A DNA stretch of 59,289 nucleotides, the filler included, from Squatina squatina (Eukaryota): NCBI GenBank assembly GCA_031763465.1. It is 4 parts of 3 records of this genome, joined end to end, with 100 filler letters (N's around TTAATTAATTAA, not from the genome) between each part and the next. Parts side by side here need not be neighbours in the genome. Positions count along the whole stretch, not along the records: positions 1 to 15,162 come from JARFOE010000203.1; positions 15,263 to 28,082 come from JARFOE010000236.1; 2 more parts are not named here. One strand, 5' to 3'. The notes under the pieces were generated by a model, which was not told where the DNA came from, searched no databases, and saw only the letters and a program-made list of their open reading frames with translations. Of this stretch, positions 12,518-24,185 are shown piece by piece. The position numbers and the translations under genes were made by a program. Each line of letters begins with the position of its first letter. The stretch's first letter is position 1.

Positions 12518-13274
12518 CTCACCCGGGTCCAGGGCAAGAAAAGCAAAGTCTTTGTTTACATCAATGAGCTATGTACGGCGCTCAAAGCCAACTCCCAAAA
12601 AACAAAGCTCGCCCTGGCCAACAGGGAGAGTTCAAAGCAGCTGCTGGCCGGGGCCGAGGGCCAGTCTGACACAGTTGCTAAGGAGCAGGCCGACTGCCCC
12701 GACAGGACTTGTGCACAGTCGGGGGATGTGGCCTCCACATCTGTATCGCAACCCGCTGCCACCGCCGGAAAAAAGCACTCGGGCAGCGGGTCGCGCCGGC
12801 AGATCCGCTATCTGGAGAACCTCTTGAAAGTTTACACCGATGAAATCAAGCGGCTTCAGGAGAGGGAGCTGGACTTGAATGAGTTGGAAGATGAGGATTC
12901 CTCTTACATCCAGGAGCACCGGCTCAAGAAGAAGATGGTGAAGATCTTCGAGAAGCTGTGCGAGCTGAAAAGCTGCTCGAGCCTGACTGGCCGTGTCATC
13001 GAGCAGCGCATCTCCTTCACGGGCACACGCTACCCCGAGATCAATCGCAAGATCGAGAAGTTCATCAACAAGCCTGATCACTTCCCCGACTACCAGGACA
13101 TCAGGAATATCATGCACAAAGTCAGCACCAGGCACACCTTGGGGCTCAGCCAAAGACAGATTCAGAGCATGGCGCAGGACGTGTTCCGGGAGGTGGGCAA
13201 TCGTCTGCAGGAGAGGCGCCACCTCGACCTGGTTTACAACTTTGGCAGCCACCTCACTGACGATTATAAGCCAG
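12518..13274 (+). CDS. DAXX: Death domain-associated protein, large exon (helical-bundle end + histone-binding domain); 5' end in gap
   Basis: Open frame from 12518: KVFVYINELCTALKA...GSRRQIRYLE...CSSLTGRVIEQRI...LQERRHLDLVYNFGSHLTDDYKP, G|gtgggt donor. Confidence 0.96.
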
Positions 13275-14888
13275 GTGGGTAGGCGTTGATAACAGGCATG
13301 AGGTTCTGGCGGGGCAAGGGGAGAAGACGGNNNNNNNNNNNNNNNNNNNNNNNNNNNNNNNNNNNNNNNNNNNNNNNNNNNNNNNNNNNNNNNNNNNNNN
13401 NNNNNNNNNNNNNNNNNNNNNNNNNNNNNNGACCCCTCAGCTGGGGGAAATAGGTCCTTCCTTATTTTGTACATCTCAATCCAGTCTCCCCTTGTCCTCC
13501 TCTGTTCCAAAGAGGCCAATCCCAGCCTATCCAGTCATTGACGGGCTCTGTGCAGTAAAACCGATTTCTGGATGTCCAAAACTGTAAGCCTCTGCACGGG
13601 ACTGAGATCGCAGCCAAGACCATAATCGGCGCACGTTTCCCACAGCCTCGAAGGCAGCAGGGGGAAATATTGGATTAGTGGATTAAAATAAAACTCCCCG
13701 CACCTTGGGCAGAGTGTTCTCTACTCTGGGAACCGCTGCGTGCTACTTTCTGCCTGCTAGTCATCGCCGAGCCCTGAGAACTGTGCTGTAGGTTACAAAA
13801 TACGTGGCAAGGGAGTGACTGGTTATTGAGGCTGAATCCAAGTTTGGGAATACTCTGCTGATCTTGGTCTTAGAACCTACGCATTCCAACCTACCTGGCT
13901 GCCTAAGCTAGTTCTGCTTCTGTTACAGTCGTGAGTAGTGAATGGCAATGTCCTGATGATCTGTTGTACAGTGTTGACCAGTGAACAGCAACTGGCAACA
14001 ACTTGTATTGTGCAGGCCTTTTATGTCCTGCTATTTGGTCCCTTTCCATTGGGTCGACACTGCATCTGCCAGAGAGAGCTGGTCATTGGAAATGCATCGA
14101 ATCTGTACCAACAAGGATCTAACTTGCTGCACACTTGGTTCTGTTGCCTGAGGTTTTGATTGTCCCTGCTCTCCAGGATGCTCTCCTCACAGTTCCCCCA
14201 TTGTTGTGGTGCACTCTGCTCCAGCTGGTGAAGTGCTGTTTAAAAACTAGCAGGGCTTGGGAGAGGAGCAGGCGAGCGGAAGTGTTTATGCAATCCTGGG
14301 CGATGGTGGTCTTTCCCTCTCGTCACTGATTCTAGGATGTGACTGCACAGTCTGTTCCTTGCTGACTTACCGTCTCGTGGGTGAACCTAGACCAGTCACT
14401 GAGCGAACAGTTCGGGCTGTGTAATGCTCCCTGATATTGTGGACAAGGCCTGTTGTCAGCTGTGTAACGCGCTTTGGACTGGAGAGGTGAGGAGAGGGTT
14501 GCAGTGTTCTCTCCAGGTAAATGCTTTCCCATGTACCTTTGGAATGTGCAGTGTGTGGGGATTTTGGTCCTTACTGATGTACAGTGTTGGTTGTGTCTGT
14601 GCAGCTCAACAACCTCCTGCACCTGATCATCAGCTGGCTCGGCCAGTATTGTTTATTTATTTGTCCTGGATTTATTGAAGATCTCTTTGTGGCTACAAGG
14701 AAAGAACTTGCATTTCTATGGAATATTGGCCCATCTCTTGCTGTCTCAGTACTTCACATACAGTGACATAAATACAAGTCCTTTCCTTTAGTGGAGAGGA
14801 GTGAAAGGGCCTTGACGTTTAGTAAAAGTGTGCACCTTGTTTCATGAGCTTGTTTCTTGACCTCTTGTGCTTTGTGTGTGTGTTTCAG

Positions 14889-14948
14889 GTGAATGTGGCA
14901 ACTCAGTGTGACCCAGAAGAAATCATTGTCCTGTCGGACTCTGACTGA
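14889..14948 (+). CDS. DAXX: DAXX last exon with SUMO-interacting motif (VNVATQCDPEEIIVLSDSD*)
   Basis: tttcag acceptor; IIVLSDSD is the conserved DAXX C-terminal SIM; TGA at 14946-14948. Confidence 0.95.
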   Translation: MNVATQCDPEEIIVLSDSD

Positions 14949-15051
14949 AGCACAGTGGGACGTCCACTCACTGGACCCGCTTCGACCGCAGGGAGTACTG
15001 TAAATGGTCAAGGAAACGGGGAAAGCTCGCACTGGTGTTCCGTGCTGCCTG

Positions 15052-15059
<8 letters not shown>

Positions 15060-15095
<36 letters not shown>
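15060..15095 (+). repeat. (CT)n microsatellite in DAXX 3' region
   Basis: Seen directly. Confidence 0.95.
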
Positions 15096-15099
<4 letters not shown>

Positions 15100-15162
15100 T
15101 TTAAGCATTGCGAGACGAAAGTTGCAGGCAAATTTTTTTTTTGTTATTTCAAGTTGAGTTTT

Positions 15163-15262
15163 NNNNNNNNNNNNNNNNNNNNNNNNNNNNNNNNNNNNNN
15201 NNNNNNTTAATTAATTAANNNNNNNNNNNNNNNNNNNNNNNNNNNNNNNNNNNNNNNNNNNN
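15163..15262. other. Artificial scaffold linker (44 N, TTAATTAATTAA, 44 N)
   Basis: Stop codons in all six frames; an identical structure occurs three times. Confidence 0.97.
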
Positions 15263-16076
15263 ATAAAATGGTGCCTATTCTGACTCCTGCCGCTAGCGCT
15301 GGATTCTCTGAGGTGAGGCCCGTGTCAACGCTGAAAAAAACAGGCGTTGTCACCGCCGGATTTAGTGCACAGTGAGACTGTGCAATTCTGGAGGGGCGGC
15401 CATTTTGTGCGGTGTGCGCACTGATGACATCACAGCACTGCATTTAGACTAACGCCAGTGCCTCGAGCATTATGGGCTTTGTGCCCGTTTAGCACTGGCA
15501 CAAACAGCACCCGAATTTTGACCCGCGTTTTAGTGCTAAATGTGGCCTAATGCCAGTTTCGCGCCCATTTGTCGCTGGAAGTTTTACCACGAATTGGCCG
15601 CCCAAAAAGTTTCCAGTTTTGAGTCCGTCTGAGTAGATTGTTTAACACACAAAGGCAGCCTTAATCAATTCAGGGCATAAATATGAGGCTAGTACTATGT
15701 TCAGGGGCTGCAGTCACGAGAGAGTCCTTGGTTTGGTGACCGAGTGAGGCACCCAGGTCGAGGTAAGCCTGACCAGCACTTCGAGCCTGGGGAAGCATAA
15801 AAGGTGTTTAACTTTATGTATATTGTGCTGAATTGTGTTTAATTAGGTAGAATCGTTGTATGTGTGTCAGATAAACAAATAAAAGTGCTTACAGTTAATC
15901 CAACATTGTGTGTAGGTGTCTGTAATTCCCAGAGTCATTAACCTTGTAACCTAGGGTAAAGGCACGCTCCTTTTTTTAAACCTACACAAACCAACTGTTT
16001 TCTGTGCCTGCATGTGGACCTCATTCCCGTATGGAATTCTGGGGGGGAACAAGGCTCACTTGGCAGTGCTCCTTAC

Positions 16077-16275
16077 CTTTGAGGGGCCCGGCACTGAGCA
16101 CGGTACAGGCCGGCAGGACAGTGGCGCCCCGGAACGCTCGCTCCAGGTTGTTGTGCTGTTTGGCCAGCTGCTCCAGGGTCTCCTCCAGCCGGATCCGCTG
16201 CTCCCGCTCGTGCTGGAGTGCTTTCTGCCACTTCTTGCTGTGAGTCTGGGCCAGTAGCAAGAAATCGCGGCAAGC
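16077..16275 (-). CDS. OSBP: Oxysterol-binding protein exon (ACRDFLLLAQTHSKKWQKALQHEREQRIRLEETLEQLAKQHNNLERAFRGATVLP...)
   Basis: tctag acceptor, G|gtaagg donor, 199 nt; matches the OSBP coiled coil. PATL1 nearby favours OSBP over OSBP2. Confidence 0.88.
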
Positions 16276-16596
16276 CTAGACCCAGAAAGAGAGAGAGAGA
16301 NNNNNNNNNNNNNNNNNNNNNNNNNNNNNNNNNNNNNNNNNNNNNNNNNNNNNNNNNNNNNNNNNNNNNNNNNNNNNNNNNNNNNNNNNNNNNNNNNNNN
16401 CTCGGCTGCCCCCGACCTTTTGCATCTCGGGCGGGCGGGGAGGGAGGGAGGGAGCGCGAGTGGGTGTGTGTCGGGGGCTCAGTACCACACCGGGTGTGAG
16501 TTCAAGCTCACTCAGCACAGGCCGGGGACGGAGCCTCGGCCTGTTTTGCTGATGCTGGGTGACTCCCCTTCCCCCGACGCGACCGGACATTCCTAC

Positions 16597-16777
16597 CTGA
16601 TAGTAGTAATCGTCTAGGTAGGGGTCCGCGCTCTGCAGCTGCATCATTTGGATCTTGCTGACCCACTCCTTCTCCCGCTGGGTCATCAGGTTGCTGTAGG
16701 GGTCCTTCTTCATCTGCTCGTGATAGCTGCCCCTGCTGTGCCTGTCTCCTCCAGACCCATTCTGCCCTCGGTGCTGG
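16597..16777 (-). CDS. PATL1: PAT1 homolog 1 exon ([60 protein letters not shown])
   Basis: ctctcag acceptor, CAG|gtagga donor; conserved PAT1 mid-domain motif. Confidence 0.9.
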
Positions 16778-17097
16778 CTGAGAGTGGCAAAGAGAGAAAC
16801 CGACTAAGGGCCAGACACACGGGGGCGAGAGCGCGCCACAGAGCGAGGGGGCGAGTGCGCGACACAAAGTGAGAGAAACACCAATCAATGCTTTTTGAAT
16901 CTTTTCGGGACATCTGGCTCCAGACTGTCTCCGCAGCGTTTGGTTAACGGAGTACATTTTCTGCAGTTGATCCGTGCCCCGTCCCGCTGCTCTCACCNNN
17001 NNNNNNNNNNNNNNNNNNNNNNNNNNNNNNNNNNNNNNNNNNNNNNNNNNNNNNNNNNNNNNNNNNNNNNNNNNNNNNNNNNNNNNNNNNNNNNNNN

Positions 17098-17180
17098 AGA
17101 ATCGAGGGGAGCAGGGACTGTGGATAGTGGAGAATCGAGGGGAGCAGGGACTGTGGATAGTGGAGAATCGAGGGAAGCAG
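17098..17180 (+). repeat. Minisatellite, 33-bp unit AGAATCGAGGGGAGCAGGGACTGTGGATAGTGG, ~2.5 copies at contig edge
   Basis: Unit starts at 17098, 17131 and 17164. Confidence 0.9.
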
Positions 17181-17866
17181 TGTCTGGATGGTGGCGAATC
17201 AAATGGAGCCGTGGTGTTGAGTTTGGTTTTGTTGCGGGCATTGGGGTCAGGTGGTGGAGTCGGCTGGTGAGTGGGGGAGGAGAGTTGGTAGAGCAGAATT
17301 GGTTCAGTCGGGGAGTTTTATTTTATCTTGCGCCTGTAACATAGTAACATGTCCCAAGGCATTTAGCGATTATCAAAGAACATTTGACATCAAATCCTAT
17401 GAGGAGATATTGGGACAGGTGTGCAGAGGCTTGGTTCAAGAAGTAACTTTGAGGTGCTGGCGGGGAGGTCTCAGTGGTGAATTCCAGAGCCTAGGGTGCA
17501 GGCTGCTTCAGGCATTGCCACCAATGGTGGAACAGTGAAAATTGGTGATTTGAAGCAGACTGAATTGGAGGAGTGGAGAGATTTCAGATGGGTGAGGGGC
17601 TGGAGTGGGTTAGAGAGGTAGCGAGTGGGAGCTGTTGTGTCATTGGGAGCCTGTGGAGGTCCCCGTGTCGGGCTTTCCTGGGTAGGTGGGCCCTGGCAGT
17701 AAGTTCCCTCCGTACCCAGTGAGACCAGCGCTGGGATTGATGGTGTCACTGTTTCCCTCGGGCACAGTGCCCTCGGGAAGCTGGCGTCGCGGACACACCC
17801 CGCTTTCACCCCCAGCCCTCCCTGTCCTGCCATCGCGGTGACCTCGAGTCTTGGTCTCCTCCGCAG

Positions 17867-18093
17867 AAAACGGCGAGGCCCCGGCAAGTCGGCAGGACCT
17901 GCGCACGTGCGGCGAGGCGCTGGGGGAGCTGGTGGGCTGGGCGCATCGCCACTGCCAGGGCTGCCTCCACCCGCCCAGCCTGAGGTACCTGCCGCTCGGC
18001 GGCACTGCGCCGGCTGTCTGGGCCTGCCAGGCCGGCCACACCTACCGCTGGCGCGTGGCGGGACGCAGCCCGAGGCGGAGGGGGCGGTGCCGG
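17867..18093 (+). CDS. GC-rich exon encoding a ZNF692/ZNF653-like N-terminal Cys/His domain; probably an upstream exon of ZFP91
   Basis: ccgcag acceptor; LGELVGWAHRHCQGCLHPPSL...AVWACQAGHTYRW resembles ZNF692 (LSHAHSRECSLVPGL...VWECSAGHTFSW) as recalled; truncated by a gap. Confidence 0.65.
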
Positions 18094-18389
18094 NNNNNNN
18101 NNNNNNNNNNNNNNNNNNNNNNNNNNNNNNNNNNNNNNNNNNNNNNNNNNNNNNNNNNNNNNNNNNNNNNNNNNNNNNNNNNNNNNNNNNNNNTTATGCG
18201 ATTAATTCATCCATCTTATTGCAAATGCTCTACGCATTAAGACACAAAGCCTTTAGGCTTGTCCCCTTAGCATTATTTTATTTTGTGGCCCTGTTTGTTT
18301 TTCACCCTTGATTTCTCTGCCTTCCACATTTGCTTTTCCCCTTTCTGTCTTTTGTTTCTATCCTTGTATCCCCTTCCTCTGACTCCCTG

Positions 18390-19050
18390 CATAGCTTCCC
18401 ATCCCCCTGCCATTTTAGTTTAAACCCTCCCCAACAGCACTAGCAAACACTCCCCCAAGGACATTGGTCCTGGTCCTGCCCAGGTGCAGCCCGTCCAGCT
18501 TGTACTGGTCCCACCTCCCCCAGAACCGGTTCCAATGCCCCAGGAATTTGAATCCCTCTCCTTTGCACCATTCCTTTAGCCACGTATTCATCTGATATAT
18601 CCTGGGATACCAGGGGGTGGGGGACTTCAGTTATGTGGAGAGACCAGCAAAGCTGGAATTGTTCTCCTTGGAGCAGAGAAGGTTGAGAGGTGATTTTAAT
18701 AAAGGTGTTCAAAATAATGAAGGGATTTGGTGCCGCAAACGAGGGAGCTGTTTCCTCTGGTGGGTCGGTAGCCAAAGTAATTAAATGACAAAAGAACTAG
18801 AGGTGAAATAAGGAGAAATGTCTTCATAGAGGGTTGTTGAGATCGAGAACACAGTACCAGTAAAAGAAAGGTCAAATCAGATTCCGTAAGAACTTTCAGA
18901 GAGGTAATTGAACATCTAATTGAAGAGGATTAACTTGCAGGGTTATGGGGAAAAACTGGCACTAGATAGGACCGCTCTTTTGAAGAGCCAGCACTGACAC
19001 AATGGCCTCCTGTGCTGTAAGGTTCTATGATTCCATGTTCTATGATTCTA
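18390..19050. mobile_element. CR1 LINE fragments (ORF1 minus ~18390-18606; ORF2 end and tail plus ~18607-19050)
   Basis: Similar to the CR1 pieces at 23494-24085 and 41960-43146; TTCTATGA-repeat tail at 19023-19053. Confidence 0.75.
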
Positions 19051-19117
19051 TGATGTGTTGTTTGCAGCGCTGTAATATATAACTGACTGACGCTTCATCT
19101 CTTCAATCTTGCGACAG

Positions 19118-19168
19118 GAGGCCACGGAGATCAAAAGAAGACAGAGGCCCTCGTCTACCTAAAAAGCG
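19118..19168 (+). CDS. ZFP91: ZFP91 exon (RPRRSKEDRGPRLPKKR)
   Basis: acag acceptor, CG|gtaagt donor; homologous to human RRRKDDKSPRLPKRR and splices in frame to the next exon. Confidence 0.82.
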
Positions 19169-19397
19169 GTAAGTATCTTGCCTGTGTTACTGTATAACCT
19201 GGGGGGCAGTGACCGGTGTATAACCGGGAGGATGCTTTGCCGTTGGTTAACTCTGCTTCCATCGCAGGACTGGTCGAGACTTTCCGCAAATGGGATCATC
19301 CCGGTTACAGTTGGCAAGCGGGAGGGTCGGTCTGCTTGTATTACGATGCTAGGTGTAAGTGAACGTCCTGGTCTAACTTGCCCCTCCTCTCCCTCAG

Positions 19398-19476
19398 GAA
19401 GAAGCCTCCTATCCAATACGTGCGCTGTGAGATGGAGGGGTGTGGAACGATCCTCGCCAATCCAAGGTACCTGCAG
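19398..19476 (+). CDS. ZFP91: ZFP91 exon, start of zinc finger 1 (KKPPIQYVRCEMEGCGTILANPRYLQ)
   Basis: ctcag acceptor, CAG|gtcagt donor, 79 nt; near-identical to human ZFP91. Confidence 0.93.
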
Positions 19477-19786
19477 GTCAGTGCAAACTTGATCCGTTTG
19501 GCACACTTTATTTAAAACATTTCAAATGCAGAAGGTTGGAACAGAGGGTTAGATCACGCAGTATCCCTCTGACCAAGAATAGTGTGTTCGACTGTAGTGT
19601 CATTCCGATCTGATTAAGGGAATCAAGGGATATGGGAAGACTGCGGGCAACTGAGGCAGAAGTTGACCTCATTAAATGGGATCGAGNNNNNNNNNNNNNN
19701 NNNNNNNNNNNNNNNNNNNNNNNNNNNNNNNNNNNNNNNNNNNNNNNNNNNNNNNNNNNNNNNNNNNNNNNNNNNNNNNNNNNNNN

Positions 19787-20150
19787 CCTTCAATCCCATC
19801 AATTTCCCTAACACCATTTCCCTACTAATACTGATTTCCTTCAGTTCCTCCCTCTCACTAGGCTCTAGGTTCCCTAACATTTCTGGCAGGTTATTAGTGT
19901 CTTCCTTTGTGAAGACAGAACAAAAGTATGTGTTCAATTGGTCTGCCATTTCTTTGTTCCTCATTATTAACTCCCCTGTTTCTGACTGTTAACGGTCTGG
20001 CTCTAATTTTTAGACTATGCCCCCTAGTCTTAGGATCCCTATCTGTTCCCCTTCATATCTTGAAAACTTTGATCAGATCACACCTTAACTCTCTAAATTC
20101 TAGGGAATACATCCCTAATTTGTGTAACTCCTTCCTCGTAACATCTCTTG
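19787..20150 (-). mobile_element. CR1 LINE ORF2 fragments
   Basis: NKEMADQLNTYFCSVFTKED...VLGKLMGLK and LGMYSLEFRELRCDLIKVFKI. Confidence 0.85.
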
Positions 20151-20159
20151 AAGTCCAGA

Positions 20160-20480
20160 TAGTATCTCTCTCTCTCATGTGATCTCTCTTTTTCTCCCTT
20201 CCACTCATATCCAGCTCATGTTCCATTACTCTCATTCTGTCTCACATATGTCTATCTATCTACCTGTGAGTGTGTCTCTCCCTTTCTTGTATTCCACTTC
20301 CCTCTTTTGTATTTGTGTCTGTCCGTCTGTCTGTATCTCTTATACCTCTCTGTGTATCTATCTATCTTTCTTTCTTTCTTTCCTCATTCCCTTCTTTCTT
20401 TCTTTCTTTTTCTACTTTCTTTCTTTTTCTACTTTCTTTCTTTCCTTCCTTCTTTCCTTCTCTCTCTCTCACTTTTTTTA
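20160..20480 (+). repeat. Pyrimidine-rich low-complexity/(TTTC)n tract (another at 21340-21430)
   Basis: Seen directly. Confidence 0.9.
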
Positions 20481-21067
20481 GTAATTAGAAACTGCATTAT
20501 TTCCAGACTCAATACCTTATATGTACAAACTCAATTATCTGTTTTTGCCTTCATTGTACTAAGAAAGAAAAAAGAATCCTCTATCTTGCACTTAGTTATA
20601 TCATAGACAGATGAATGTGCACTAATTCAATTGCAGCCGCTATTCCAATATATGAACAGCAGCTGCTGCTCCCATTTTTGATCTAGTACTATTTAAGGCA
20701 AAATAAAATAAAGATCAAATAGTTAGTGTCCAACAAGGCAGCTATATCAAGTCCAGCAGAATTTTTAATAATTGTGGAGAAATAATTATCCTATTTTCAG
20801 TTTACATCATAAATCAACTTTAACTTTGATTCTTGCCAAAAAGCTCTTTAACATTTTTTCACTTGAAAATCTGCCACAAGTACATTCAATGGAATAAATT
20901 GTGACCAGCCGTGTAATGTAATAAATATTATCCTTTGTGATGTGACCACAAATCTCTCATGACTTTGNNNNNNNNNNNNNNNNNNNNNNNNNNNNNNNNN
21001 NNNNNNNNNNNNNNNNNNNNNNNNNNNNNNNNNNNNNNNNNNNNNNNNNNNNNNNNNNNNNNNNNNN

Positions 21068-21340
21068 CTGTCGGAGATACCTTCTTTCGGATGAGACGTT
21101 AAACCGAGGTAAGAAAAGCAGAGGAGTTCTCCCCAGTTTCCTGGACAATATTTATCCCTCAACCAGCAGCACTAAAATAGATGGTCTTGTCATTGTTGTT
21201 TGTGGGACCTTGCTATGCACAAATTGGCTGCCGCGTTTCCTACATTACAACAGTGACAACACTTCAAAAAGTGCTTCATTGGCTGTGAAGCTCTTTGGGA
21301 CATCCTGAGGTTGTGAAAGTCGCTATAGAAATGCAGGTCC
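21068..21340 (+). mobile_element. Deu-domain SINE
   Basis: TTTGTGGGACCTTGCTATGCACAAATTGGCTGCCGCGTTTCCTACATTACAACAGTGAC...GCTATAGAAATGCA then (TTTC)n tail. Confidence 0.8.
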
Positions 21341-21699
21341 GTCTTTCTTTTTTTCTTTCTTTCATTCTTTCTTTCTTTTCTTTCTTTCTTTCATTCTTTC
21401 TTTCATTTTTTCATTCTTTCTTTCTTTCTCCCTTCACCCATGGGTGTTGGAGCCATTCGGAACAATTTACTAACTCACACTGTTGACACTTCAGCCACCA
21501 GGAGAGCATATTATGAATTCAGAGGCGTATTACTGTGATTTTCCATCCATTGACATTAAGCTCTGCGCTGGTAACACAAGTAGATATGATCGCTGGGGTG
21601 TACATTGTGTCCTTGGCACAAGTAGGGGTAACTGACAGAGATTCTCACCAGCTTTGTGAACATCCTGGAACATTGTAAGCGTACCGCCCATATCAACAT

Positions 21700-22090
21700 T
21701 AGGAACAGGAGGAGGCCATTCAGCCCCTCAAGCCCATTTTGCCTTTCAATTTGATCACGACTGATGTGTGCCTCAACTCCATTTACCCGCCTTTGCTCCG
21801 TATCCCTCGATACCCTGACCCAACAAAATTCTAGCGATCTCAGTCCTGAAAGTGCCAATTGGCACAACATCAACAGCTTTTTGGGGGAGAGAGTTCCAGA
21901 TTTCCACTGCCCTTTGTGTGAGGAAGTGCTTCCCGACATCACCCCTGAACGGCCTGGCTCTAATTTTAAGGTTCTGCCCCATTGTTCTGGACTCCCCCCA
22001 CCAGAGGAAATAGTTTCTCTCTCTCCACCCGATCGAATCCTTCAATCATCTGAAACACCTCGATTAGATCACCCCTTAATCTTCTACACT
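21700..22090 (-). mobile_element. CR1 LINE 3' end
   Basis: RARPFRGDVGKHFLTQRAVEIWNSLPQKAV frame plus CR1-type 3' UTR. Confidence 0.85.
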
Positions 22091-22543
22091 GGAGGGAGTG
22101 CAACCTGCCCTCGTAATTTTAGCTTGTGTGAGCTGCCAGTGAGCCAGGGTCCTCCACCAGGACACACTCAGAAAATTACCCTCAATGCAGGNNNNNNNNN
22201 NNNNNNNNNNNNNNNNNNNNNNNNNNNNNNNNNNNNNNNNNNNNNNNNNNNNNNNNNNNNNNNNNNNNNNNNNNNNNNNNNNNNNNNNNNNCCCATTGGG
22301 GATGATTCAGGCCCGGATGTCCTACAGACGCAGCGCTGTGGGGCTGGGCGGCTGGGTCTCGTGGCCCTGTGGCTGGGCCTCTGACGTCACAATGGACGGT
22401 GATGCTCGCTCGGCTGCTGCTGGAAACCATTAAACGGCCAATAGGATTTAAAGCTGGAGCGAGGCCGGTTAAAGGGGAGGGACAGAAAAATCGGCCAAAA
22501 TTGTCCATACAATGAGAGCCGTGATGTGTATAAACTGAAATAT

Positions 22544-22629
22544 TCACAGTGTCACGCTCAGTCTGGGTCTGGATACCTGCAGCGCCCTCAGGTGTCTCTC
22601 TGTCTGAACTGAACGAATTCCCCCACAGC
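22544..22629 (-). pseudogene. Degenerate terminal exon of an NLR LRR region
   Basis: Acceptor reads tttcac instead of tttcag. LWGNSFSSDRE shifts frame in a GA run relative to HLRALQVSRPRLSVTL*. Confidence 0.6.
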
Positions 22630-22777
22630 GTGAAACAGATTAAAGATTAAACAGGAAATAAACAGATTGAAGAACAGTGTAAATAACAGGCAGCCTGGGG
22701 TTAATATTACAATAATAATTACAGACAGATATTCCCCATTAAAGTGACTGAATCCCTTTGATATTGCAAGCACTCAC

Positions 22778-22945
22778 CAGATCCGCTCCAGACTCCTGCA
22801 GGTCAGTATGAGCTCGCAGAGAGCGGGGACAGATTGGTCTGTGAAGGAATTTGATTCCAAGCTCAGACCCGTCAGTGACTGGATTCGACCAAGAATGGAG
22901 GGGAGAACCTCGGCACCAAATTCTGTGAGACCGACATCGTCCAGC
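22778..22945 (-). CDS. NLR ribonuclease-inhibitor-type LRR exon (LDDVGLTEFGAEVLPSIL...LSLESNSFTDQSVPALCELILTCRSLERIW)
   Basis: ccccag acceptor, TG|gtgagt donor, 168 nt, phase 2/2 as typical of NLR LRR exons. Confidence 0.88.
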
Positions 22946-23194
22946 CTGGGGATCAGAGAGACAAATAACAGGAATCAGAGTTAATTAATAAGAATATTAC
23001 TAATTACTGATACTACTAATAATGTACAGTGTTTTTTAATAACACTTACTGATACTCATAATAATGTGTTTATTCTACTAATAATGCACAATGTTTATCA
23101 GTAACACTTATTGAAGTGTTTATTAATAGCACTAATAATAGTGTTCAGTGTTACACATTCAATTATAAACACAATCTCACAGACTGGTACTTAC

Positions 23195-23368
23195 CGCAGT
23201 TCCTGTATTTTACAATCGCCTTCACCCAGAGCCATCAACAGCGGTACCACTCCTGAATCTCTCAGTTTAGGATTCCTGCTAAGTTCCAGAATTGTCAGTG
23301 ACCGGTTTGTACTGAGAGCGGAGACAAGATCCTCAGCACAAAAATCTATGATACTGACATCAGCCAGC
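23195..23368 (-). CDS. NLR LRR exon (LADVSIIDFCAEDLVSALSTNRSLTILELSRNPKLRDSGVVPLLMALGEGDCKIQELR)
   Basis: ctccag acceptor, CG|gtaagt donor, 174 nt. Confidence 0.9.
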
Positions 23369-23493
23369 CTGGAGATCAGCAACAAAGATGAAAANNNNNN
23401 NNNNNNNNNNNNNNNNNNNNNNNNNNNNNNNNNNNNNNNNNNNNNNNNNNNNNNNNNNNNNNNNNNNNNNNNNNNNNNNNNNNNNNNNNNNNN

Positions 23494-24085
23494 NCATCTT
23501 TCCATTCCTATCTTTCCTGTACAACCTATATCTAGGAATATTTAATACCCAATCCTGCACCTTTTTTGTACCAGATCTCTGTTATTGCCACAACATCATA
23601 TTCCCATGTAGCTATTTGCGCCTGCAGGTCACCAACCTTGTTTACTATGCTTTGTGCGTTCATATTCATACACTATAAACCTATCCTGTGCTCTCAATTA
23701 GTCTAACCCCACCTAATACCTTACTATTTCTTGCTTTAGTGCTATGCATCTCTCCCAATCCTTTGTACTCTTTGTTTCTCTTTTCTAATTCTACATCCTG
23801 GTGCCCATATCCCTGCCAAGAGGCTTTGTTGAGATGTAGGTCCCAGCTCCCCCAGAACTGGCCCCAATGCCCGAGGAATCTGAAGCCCTCCCTCCTGCAC
23901 CATCTTTCCAGCCACGTATTCATTTACTCTATCCTCCTATTTCTATACTTACTCATGTGGGCACTAGGAGTAATCCAGAGATTACTACCTTTGGAGTCCT
24001 GCTTTTTAATCTCCTTCCTAGCTCCCTAACATCTGCCTGCAGGACCTCATCTCTCTTTCTACCTATGTCGTTGGTACCAAAATGG
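23494..24085 (-). mobile_element. CR1 LINE ORF1 esterase-like end / ORF2 start
   Basis: HFGTNDIGRKRDEVLQAD...KVVISGLL, NTWLERWCRREGFRFLGHW and QDWVLNIPRYRLYRKDR. Confidence 0.88.
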
Positions 24086-24185
24086 NNNNNNNNNNNNNNN
24101 NNNNNNNNNNNNNNNNNNNNNNNNNNNNNNNNNNNNNNNNNNNNNNNNNNNNNNNNNNNNNNNNNNNNNNNNNNNNNNNNNNNNN

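Noticed and set aside
12632-13519. 295-aa minus-strand ORF
   Set aside because: Antisense shadow of the DAXX exon joined across a gap to a CR1 fragment.
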